Source of the DNA: Botryllus schlosseri
Taxonomy: Eukaryota
DNA length: 64,000 bases
NCBI GenBank assembly: GCA_051294905.1
Contig: CM119379.1
Location: forward strand, 27,652,001 to 27,716,000
Direction: 5' to 3'
Part shown: positions 38,501-48,059 of the stretch, piece by piece
Numbering within the stretch: position 1 is the stretch's first letter
Layout of the letters: every line of letters begins with the position of its first letter
Notes under the pieces: model-generated
The model's database searches: none
Seen by the model: the letters and a program-made list of their open reading frames with translations, nothing else
What the model was told of the DNA's origin: nothing
Translations under genes and position numbers: made by a program

Positions 38501-41500
38501 CACATTGTACAGTAGGGTGGTTCGAAAATAACTTTTTTCTCCAAATTTCACAGACTATTCGATCAAATTGATGGTTGCCTAAAAATACGCTGCGCATCAA
38601 ATTTGGTTCAATTCTAGATTTGAAAAAAAAAATTATTCACGGTGCGAAATCGTTCGATTATTAATTATAGAATTGCCCATTGTAAATACTATTTTTTCCA
38701 GGTCCATAATTCTGAACACCATTAACTTAACTACTATCGGTTGGAATTGAGCCAAACTGGCTACGCATCGTTTTTTAGGCAACCAATTTCGTGGAGTATC
38801 CAGTTTGAATTTCAAAAAAAATGTTATTTTCTTTCATAAAAATAGCTTCGCTTCTACAAGTGGGAATTGAGGCAAACATATTATTCGAATTCGATTATTC
38901 TAATTTTCATGCCACTGATGTCATATTTCGTAATACGATTTATGATATACAATATGCCCTCGAAATGTCTGCTAGTTCCTGACAATTACCCCTGTGTGTC
39001 AGCCAAAGCTATTCTGGTTCATCCAATAGCAATGTATGATGCAAGTGGATATTGGAGTTGTGTACCTGTAAGCGGTGGCTGAAGTGGAAGTTGGAGTAAT
39101 CTAAAACCGTAATGATTTGAGTGAGTTCTTGGATAAAGTATGCTTTGTCACTGAACTCTGTGACTTGTGTTGACGGTAGCCTTTTGATTTTTTGACTTGT
39201 TATTCAGCGCTGACAGTGGGGGGATTCCGGAAAGCTATTTGAGGTGATTGTTGCCGTTGTGTCCAATTTTCGTGGCTTTAATTCTGTGTGAAGAGAATTT
39301 CGCAGGACGAGTGTCTCGTTTCGTCCGTAATTTGCATTTCCGTCGTTCCGTTTGATGTGACTAAGGCTTGGCTAAATCGAGTGCCTGAGTGATTTCATTC
39401 TGAATCGAGTATTAGGTTCTGTGTCGAGTGTTTAAGAATCGCTCATTATCAAGTCATGATAGTATGTAAGACGAAAGTTGAAATCTGTACCTTTTCTGCG
39501 ATTACAAACAATATAATCCCATTTCCACATCGCATTAAAGATCATTTGTCATTTTTTCAACCAATCCAATTTCATTGCACTTCGTGACAATGCTCTGTGT
39601 TGATCTTGACTTCACAGATATGTGATTTCCATTAACCGGCATAGCTTTGTGCTATATGTTTCGTATGCCACGATACAACCAATCGCGGTATCAAGGCTTA
39701 CACAGTGGAAGATAGTATCGAGGCTATCATTCTTGTAAATCAATCGACAATGGCGAGGAGCATCTAATATCAGTACTCGAAAAATCATATCTCACTACAC
39801 AATCATTAGGATTAGCACTCGATTCAGATCGGACTACTCCAATCATTGTGTCCAGCCCTAGATATGAAAATAGTCTGCTTGGTGCGTCAATCCTCGATCT
39901 ACCACAGTGACGATTCTTTGCCACAAGACCTACCTTTCTCTGATGACTGTCAAGCTCTCGCAATGGACGGCGACTTCGAACAGGCGACCTACCCGTTTGA
40001 TTCGAGCGGCATGTGTGATGAAACAATGTCTCCCGATGACACGAGTGTAGATTTGTAAGACGTAGAAAGATTGAGTTTTCAAATTGATCTTGAAAACGAA
40101 TTTTGATATCGTCTGTTCAACTCCTCGGAACACAATTACTGTGTTTACAAAATGCGCAACCAGAACTAGAACTGGAACTACCCGCTCTTCCAAACTCGCA
40201 ATTCTGACTGGAATGACTCACTTTTGAAAACGACCCGAACAAACCAGTAGTTAGTTGACCGTCAAGTACCTAGCTTTGTAGTTTGTTCAATTGTGCGTTT
40301 GAAAATTTTTCTCTGTTTATTCTATGTGAATTTATTTCTGTTCAGATTCATTTGCAAGCACAACGGAGTTCTGTTTGAAAACGACGTTATTCAGATCGGC
40401 GTCAAGTCCGAGTACAGAGAACATCTCGGTGGGTGACCGTTGTGATGTCGCGATACAGACTACTCGAGTCGTTTGAAAAGTAGATTTGGTCGAATGGTCG
40501 GATATTTCTAGCAGTCCATCTCGGAGGAGGCTACTTCCGAAAATTTGCGACCAACGCGAATCGCCAAATGAAACTAGAAATACAGCTATTTGATGCAATT
40601 TTTGATAACAGATTGTCTTTTCCTGACACTGTGGCTATTTCGACCTCAGTTGTTATGGTCATTTCACCTGTAAGATGATACAATGGTTGGTATACAATAT
40701 TCTTTTCAATTCTCTACTGCTTGCTGACGATTACCCCTGACGAATGTCAGCCAGAAATATTTGGGCTCATTCCAATATAGATATGCTATACAGTTGTAGA
40801 AGTATGAAAAGAAATTTTTTTTTTACTGAAATATGTTGTGTAGAAATGGAAGTAGTTTAATAACATAGCCACTTGAGTGTGTGGGCAAATCCGTAGTGTG
40901 GTAATAACTTAATTCATGACTCGAATCACTCTAAGAAGTGAGCTGAACAATAAACAGTCAACACAATGACTTGGACTCAGACTCGAGTTTTAACACGATG
41001 AGTCGGACTCGACCCGTTGCGCCCTGTCTTGCAGTCGAGCTTGACTCGGTGAATTGAAAATGACTCGACTTACTCGAATCAAATTGACCTGTGGCTCATA
41101 GCCTTGTGAGTTGGATGCAAGCCTGCAAATCCAACTTGTGAACTTGAAAAGCGCAATCACTTTGTTGCTGGCCCCCGTCTCACCGTCTGGTATTGTCACA
41201 ATAAATCCGGTGAAATCAACTTGAGTACTTGAAATGAGTACTAGCAGTCAATTACTGACCAACTGTGTTGTTCAGGTCGAGTGGGGCTATTCTACGGCAA
41301 CAAAACCCCGTCTCAGTTATTGGATTTCCGTACCTCCATCAGTCTGCCCTCTGAGACCGAGGGAAAAGTGAGTCTGAACGTTTTTCCGACGCGTGCGCAT
41401 CCAGTGAACCATCGTTATTTCAGATCAACATCGCTGTGGGCAAAGAAGCTCCTTCGATAGTGGAGGGCGGAGCTCAAGTTCAGCAGATGGTCAACATCGA

Positions 41501-43129
41501 ATGCCTCTCTGATTTTGCGGAATGCCCGATCATCACCATCAGGTTATCTTCATTTCGGTTGGAAGGTTGCTCAGTTGGTTGCCATGGTGTTTGACGTGTT
41601 GAATTAGGCATTTGGACGGCCTCTCGTCTCGGTGTATGTTTTCAGCAGTAGATAACGGGGCCTAGCCCCAACACATTATTACATACATGTACCATAGCAT
41701 CCAGACTTGGACAAGTGGGATGTTTCAGCTTTCCAAATAGATTAGAATCAGAATTACAGCTACCACGTTTTTTTCCAAATTAGAATTGCTCACAATTTTT
41801 TAATTAACCAACTGTGTATGCTCCTCGTTTGTAGCTACCAATCTGGAAGCCAGCAGACGATCCGACTAAAGCTGCCCGTGTTGCTCAACAAGTTCTTCCA
41901 ACCTGCCGAGATGGACTCGCAGGTTTTCTTTGCAAGATGGAAAGCTCTCGGAAAGTAAGAACTGAACTTTGTAGAAAAACATTTCAAACTTCAATGTACG
42001 GTTGTGTATTATGTTGATATTGAAATAAACGATTACCCCTACGAGTGTCAGCCAAAAGGATTCGGGTTTATTTCAGTATCAATATATTTTCAATTCAATT
42101 GTATGCTGAAGTTTTTCACCTCCATTTTGAACGTTTTCTATAAACATTTCATGATTGCAGGCCCGAGCAAGAGTGTCAAAAAATATTCCCAGCCAGTCAT
42201 CCCATGGATTCTGAAAGCTCCAAAGCGAAGATTTTAGGTTGAATCTGTCGGTTTGTGTCAAGGTTCAAATCATCTCCATGATCTATTCGCAGGCTTCGGG
42301 ATGTCTGTCTTGCCAAACATTGACCCGAATCCAGGCAATTTTGTCAGCGCCGGAGTACTGAAGCTCAAAACGGCACAGATTGGCTGCCTCCTGCGACTCG
42401 AACCCAACAAACAGTCGAACGTGAGTTGAGATAATACGATTCGGGAACTTTGGTGACCAGAGTGTGATGGCTGGAAAATTTTCAGTGGCCACCATTGGTA
42501 CTCGAGTAGAATAAAGGTAAACTAGTCGAGCAGAAATAGCAGTCCTCTAGTAAGTAAAAGATTATTTAGGCCTAATTTTGCCTGAAAATCGAAACCTGTC
42601 TTGCAGAAGTAGAAGTAATCTAAAACAAAACCTTGAGAAAGTAGTTCAAGTAGACAAATTTACTTGAAGTACATGTACAACGTTACGGTCTCCTCTAATT
42701 ATTGCTACAGTTTTGCCAGATTAGATTGGATTTAGTATCACCAGATTTGCAAAACCTCATAATTCAATTCCGAATCAGAAAGACGTGTAACAAAAACCGA
42801 GTTCATTTCATATCGAACCATGGTTGATTCTCATAAGCACGAGAATGGAAAATGTCTGTACAGCAAGCTTGGATCGTTTTGCACGATACAGTTCTCATGT
42901 GCCATTTTCACAAAAACGAGATATTAGATTAAAAGCAAACTGGAGCATAGAAACATTTCACTAATTGCTATCAAATTAGCTGCATTTTGTTCTCATTTAT
43001 GTTATTAAAAAACTAGAACTGACTATCCAGTTATCAAAATCTGTTTGACAGATGTACCGCATGACTCTGCGCTCCAGCAACGAAAACGCCGCCAAATCTC
43101 TCGTCGCTCTTCTCTTTGAGCAGTTCTGA
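29572..43129 (+). CDS. AP2A: AP-2 adaptor complex alpha subunit (alpha-adaptin), complete, 927 aa
   Basis: 23 GT-AG exons: 29572-29638, 31464-31532, 32192-32334, 32396-32467, 32995-33116, 33176-33305, 33774-33905, 34807-34885, 34947-35097, 35415-35583, 35993-36130, 36455-36637, 36971-37195, 37608-37802, 38132-38212, 38269-38399, 40346-40428, 41276-41367, 41424-41542, 41835-41954, 42161-42237, 42293-42420, 43052-43129 (2784 nt). Starts [29 protein letters not shown], contains [32 protein letters not shown], and ends [22 protein letters not shown]...FEQF*. Confidence 0.96.
34490..34767. mobile_element. hAT (Buster/Charlie-type) MITE in an AP2A intron
   Basis: Ends CAGCGTTTCTTAACC...GGAACCCCGTG; TSD TTCTAGAG/TCCTAGAG. 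Confidence 0.6.
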
Positions 43130-43579
43130 ACGTTTGGAATCATGATGACCAAGCTATTATTTTGTCACAGGCTGCACTGCTCGATTACGTTTCATTCCGT
43201 GCTTTGATGTCATTCTAATAAGAATATTGCGTCGGGACGACACCCCCGTTTTGGGCCGTCTGGTGCTCAAGTGCATTTTCTCATATATCGAGAGATGACA
43301 TCAATCATTATATCTCGGTTTATTGATCACGTCATTGTATGATTTCCGATTATTGTGAGACATCTAGTATATTACGAATAAACCAAATTGTATATGAATC
43401 GTATCAGTTTATTTATAATATCATCGGATCAAAAACACAAGATTGCGATACAGGAAAAAACATAGGAAGTTGTCGAGACGGTTTGGAGTAGTCTTCGAAA
43501 TCAGACGCCCACCTGGCCTAGGCGATGTGGAAATTCGGCATTCGCGCTGAACGGTAAGTAAAAAGAAGATAATATAACG

Positions 43580-44748
43580 CAGAGGTCTCAAACACGCGGC
43601 CCGCCAGAGCATTTTGTGCGGCCCGTGACGACATTTTAGATTTTTACAAATTTGACAATATATAAGTATCACATATATCTTTTCAGGTTATAAAGTGTAA
43701 ATTCCCTCTAAAATTGCTCTGAAAGCCTGAAACTATTCATCAAACTTCGCTATCACATCAATTGCAAACGCTACCATGCAGTGGAAGATTCACTAGGCTA
43801 TTTCGCCACATTTTCACTTCATAATGATAAAACCTGACCCTTAGACGATTCGTGACTGAAATTTGTGAGTCGGATTTGGACACGACCTTTCTTAAAATTA
43901 CTCGAACTCGGGCTGACTCGATGGAAAAATGAAAATGACTCGAGTGGACTTGGAATGCCGTGAATTGTTAGAACCATGGACGCAACAAACTAATCGCGTG
44001 TCATGGGAATAAATACATCAGAATGTCGCAGTTTGGTATTTCGCTAACTAAGCAAGTAGTTATGACAACCAGTGGCAATCTATTAGTTACATCTTGGGTC
44101 GCTTAGTCGCTGAACCATGTTATTAAGGCCACTTCAAGGTACCGAGTACCGTAGTGGTACGCTCCAACATGGGCCGTTCGGCGCTCCGACATTGCTATTA
44201 CTAGTACGCATTCATTAATATATTCATGCTATATTTATATGTTTTTCCGCTCCTATTTTCGAAGATATTTGACAATGCGATTAATAGCCTACTTATCAGG
44301 AGTATACCCGAATCCTGGATTGGAATTACACTGCCCAACCCAAAAATGTTGTGATATCAGATCAGTCTCTATTATCAATCTGATGAATACGAAATAACGA
44401 AAGGCGATAACTTTAATGATGACATCATACATTTGTCCACTCATATTGTGTCTATATCTTACAATTAATATATATATCGAGTACAACAAGAATTATATGC
44501 CAATATAGTTATAAATGTGATGATTTTTTTTCCTGCCAGGCCTAAATTGATACAAGAGTAAATCACATTTGACGATGTGTGTTTATTGTCAGCCTGCTGG
44601 ATCGGCTCACTTTCAATAGGACAATTCCATCCCGTCAAATAAGGCCTACTTGGAAAGACATATAATACCCCTATATATATGCTGCGGCCCGCGGCGTCGT
44701 CAAAACTGCAAAACTGGCCCGCGAGGACATTTGAGTTTGAGACCTCTG
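43580..44748. mobile_element. Non-autonomous hAT (Charlie-type) element downstream of AP2A
   Basis: TIR CAGAGGTCTCAAAC...GTTTGAGACCTCTG, GCGGCCCGC subterminal motifs, perfect TSD ATATAACG (43572-43579 and 44749-44756). Confidence 0.92.
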
Positions 44749-46149
44749 ATATAACGGAACAGGTGACAAAATCGAGGTCGATATTTGATATATATCAGAT
44801 CGTGGTCCGGTAATCGTCTTGCGCGGCTGCTCCCATTTGTGTTCGATATTCATAATTCATGCCAAACCTGACATCGAGTAGTCGTAAGTAGATTGCACTC
44901 TGTAGCCTACTCATATCGCTTCGCGGCAAGATGGGTGCAGCGTCTGGAAAGCACACTGGTGAGTTAACTTCAGTTCTACCCCGAGTTGCGCGATGCGCGT
45001 GTTGAAAATCCAGTAGTTTGTACAAGTCTGGTTTGAACCGAAACAGAGAATAGTATCAAGTAGAATGGTAGCTCCAAATATTATTGGTTGTGATATAGCC
45101 TACTGCAGCTGACTTGAAGACCACGCCTCTTAAATATGGTCGTATCGTCGGTCTTGAATGTATGTGCATATTGTGCAAACTTGAATTTAACGAATCCGTC
45201 TGTCTGTAACTCGACCTTGCTTCCGCTGCTGTCCTGGTAGTGAATTCTCGATCCACAGACCACAGATTTAATAGTTTATTTGGATAAATGAGTTCAAAGG
45301 CTAGAACTTTGGAACCGAGTGTTCACGGAGTAATTAATCAGAGAACGTCGTATAAGCTTACGGGATAATTTGCCGTGATATGGTGCGATTTATGCCAACC
45401 ACGTCGTCAATTATTACTAGAAAAATACTAGATAGTATATGTTTCCTTTGCGTCTGATACCTGGCTTTAGCTAGCAACATGCGTTATCGGGCCAGCGGTC
45501 CACCACAACAGAAATAACACAAAACAGTTCGCAACCCGATCTTCGCATGTCGACTCTAGGCTAGCAGGTATCTTGCTGCGTTTTGTTGATATACTGTGGT
45601 AGCCATCTCCATTCAGATGATGCGACAGGTCGCATGGAGCGTGCATGATATTGTTCACTCAGCCACAGACTATAGCTATACGCAATTCCGCATGAAATTT
45701 AAATATGCAATTCTCTTTTCTGACAACAATATACTGTCATAGTGACCGTTTGTCCGGCCGGCGTTCCGAGGAACCACGAACACGGCATCGACTGCGAGGC
45801 ATGGGAAATGCGACGAAGCAGACAGTCATTCCAAATCATGCCAGGTAAAGCCATAATCGAAATACAAATATATGTTGTGTATGTAATTAATAATATTTTA
45901 TGTATTTATTAGTTAGCAACCGCGAAAATTGCTCCTGTCCAAGGTGGCTCGGCTCTGAAGACTTTGTCATATCGAGCCTCCCGTCTACCTTGCATGTTGC
46001 TGTATTGCATTTTTCTTGTGTAATGTTGATATACAGATAAAGATCCTCTCCCTCTCTCTGTTTCCTTTCTCTGTGGTTGGCATTCCGATTGAAGAATCAA
46101 TAAAAATCTCTGTGTTGTATATTAACCTATCAAAACAATGGTCGTACAT

Positions 46150-46544
46150 GTCTGCGGTCGTTGCCCCGAATACTTCAATGACTTCTTTACCTCTGAATCA
46201 AAGGCGTCCACGTCGTCCAAATATCGTATGATCGACTGAAAAGATCATCGCTCTATCAAATATGCCGGACCTGATGTGTGGAACAGTATCCCGCCGGCCA
46301 TCGATCTCGCCCTCTATGACATGCCGCCCTATTTCTTGTCGCTTCCTTTTTCTATACCATCTTCTTTACTTTCATTCAGTGTGCAACTGCATGTCTCCTC
46401 TTTACATCGCCTAGGCCAAGGTGGGTGTCCGATTCCATAGACAACTCGTAGTCGCTTCGACATCTTTCTTTCTTTTCATTGTATCGCATTTTTGTGGAGT
46501 ATTGAACTGATAAAATTGCTAATAAACCAATGATGATGATGATG
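46150..46544 (+). mobile_element. 3' end of a CR1/L2-group LINE: ORF2 C-terminal remnant, 3' UTR (family H) and tail
   Basis: Reads CPEYFNDFF...RSIKYAGPDVWNSIPP with one internal stop, the typical post-RT C-terminal motif. It is followed by the H core, AATAAA at 46521-46526 and (ATG)5. Confidence 0.65.
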
Positions 46545-46989
46545 TCGCCGCAGCATTGTGGTTTGGGTACGGTAAGAAGCGAAACTTTATAATGTAGTTC
46601 ACCAATCCTCTGTTTCAAACCCTATACGGAAAAAACGAATGGCAAAGAAATTCATATAATTTGTTTGTTTCTTGCATATACATTTTATAGGCTTACAATA
46701 TTTTACAGGGCGATAACATTACATGCTCTATTACTTCAGAACCGGATGAGCCTACTATGGATATTCAACAGGATAGGACAAGATCTACGGAAAAACTGAT
46801 TTCGGCGAATTATATGGTCACGGTGAAGACATTGCCATCGTTTCAGGTAATTCCTTCATTTGGTTTAGACATGGTTTAGATGTACAGGTGAGTGATATAT
46901 ATTTCTTATTCTTCCGGTGCTGGATCACAGCTCAAAGTAAAATGACAGCCTGATTGAAAATCTATTCGTTTACTGAAGCGTAGCAATAT

Positions 46990-46999
46990 GTGACGTCAC
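46990..46999. promoter_or_regulatory. Perfect palindromic CRE/ATF site about 70 bp upstream of the DUF2439 gene start
   Basis: GTGACGTCAC, with TGACGTCA at 46991-46998, in non-repetitive sequence. Function is inferred from position only. Confidence 0.45.
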
Positions 47000-47066
47000 G
47001 CGATTTGTTTTGGTCGCTCCATCCATCCAAGTCGAGCTGCAGCTGCAGATTCGTTTTGGCATTGCA

Positions 47067-48059
47067 ATGAAGTTTTCAGTTTTATATACGCACCAAAAAA
47101 CTAAAAAGGCCAAGTCATGGAAAGACGGCTTCCTTAATGCCGAAGCAGATGGCAGAACCGCTGTATTGAAAGATGAAGAGGGAAATAAAATCGGCTCAGT
47201 TAAATTGAAGGGTCATGTAAATGTCGGTGATGATTTGGAGACCCCGAAATTTCTAATCCAGATTGACGCTGTGTCCGAACACGAATGCAAAAATACGAAA
47301 GAAAATTCCTCTCCTGCCGCGTCTGCTCATTCCTACAAAAACAAGAGGCCATTTAACTTCAAAAAACCTGCAAAGGAGAATGTTTCAGAGCCGAATGTTT
47401 CAGAAGAACTCTCCGATACATCAAGTTTCTGCTCTGTGAATGTCGAGAAGGAATTCTCCGTTTTATACACACACCAGAAAGTGAAGAAATGCAAAATGTG
47501 GCAAGATGGTTTTCTTAAAATCAGTGCCGAAGGACGTGTTGGGGTTTTAATGAATGAAAATCGTAATCGGATTGATGAAATGTCGTTACGGTCTTCGATA
47601 AACATTGGTAACGAATTGGAGTCCTCAAAATATTTGATACAAGTCGAATCTATTCCCAGCAATGAAAAATTTAGTAATCCGACATCGACTGACCATGTCC
47701 AGTGTGAAGCTCCCAAATCTGCTACAATATCTGCCAATAATCAACCTAAAAAACGTAAATTCATGGTACCGCGTCGCACCGGAGCACCTGTTGCTTCTAC
47801 GCATGACTTTGGAAGTACAACCGCTGACAATGAATTTGAAGGCATCGAGTGTACCGTAGTGCGTCAAGGGAATGATGGCATCTGGGACATGGTTCACTAT
47901 AATCAAAAAAGCAACCTCCCTTCCACGTCTGATATTGCGCCGTTAGAATCGAAGAAATATTCAAACGGATGTGACACAATCAGTAGTCGTACGGATATTC
48001 TGAATATTATCAAAAAACGGAAGCAAGCTATAGAAAAAGAAAACATCTTCTCCGATTGA
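47067..48059 (+). CDS. Intronless 330-aa protein with two tandem DUF2439 (ZGRF1/Mte1 N-terminal) domains, no helicase
   Basis: Single ORF. The track starts it at TTG 47010; the first ATG is at 47067. Repeat 1: MKFSVLYTHQKTKKAKSWKDGFL...VGDDLETPKFLIQID. Repeat 2: EFSVLYTHQKVKKCKMWQDGFL...IGNELESSKYLIQVE. Both match the recalled ZGRF1 N-terminus (EFIVLYTHQKMKKSKVWQDGIL...GDDLESDRYLITVE). Confidence 0.82.
   Translation: MKFSVLYTHQKTKKAKSWKDGFLNAEADGRTAVLKDEEGNKIGSVKLKGHVNVGDDLETPKFLIQIDAVSEHECKNTKENSSPAASAHSYKNKRPFNFKKPAKENVSEPNVSEELSDTSSFCSVNVEKEFSVLYTHQKVKKCKMWQDGFLKISAEGRVGVLMNENRNRIDEMSLRSSINIGNELESSKYLIQVESIPSNEKFSNPTSTDHVQCEAPKSATISANNQPKKRKFMVPRRTGAPVASTHDFGSTTADNEFEGIECTVVRQGNDGIWDMVHYNQKSNLPSTSDIAPLESKKYSNGCDTISSRTDILNIIKKRKQAIEKENIFSD

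Noticed and set aside
45105-45160. PLKYGRIVGL resembling the Pellino N-terminus
   Set aside because: Only 4-5 residues match and none of the following Pellino motifs is present.
44795-45470. Minus-strand gene model (IIDDVVGINRTISRQIIPL and VCGSRIHYQDSS... ORFs)
   Set aside because: Exon phases could not be chained without stops and there is no recognisable homology. The plus-strand signals in the same interval are stronger.
45830-45852. Minus-strand TTACCTGGCA resembling the U1 snRNA 5' end
   Set aside because: Similarity stops after about 10 nt; it is simply the reverse complement of a 5' splice-site consensus.
46715-46887. Tyr/Gly-rich frame (LYYFRTG*AYYGYSTG*DKIYGKTDFGELYG...) suggesting stop-codon recoding to Trp
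   Set aside because: Three different stops (TAA, TGA, TAG) lie in frame, no family is recognisable, and all six genes use the standard code.
47333-47979. Several long minus-strand ORFs
   Set aside because: They are antisense shadows of the DUF2439 coding sequence. The same applies to long minus ORFs over STIP1-like (17532-17969) and AP2A (36437-36835, 37955-38398) exons.
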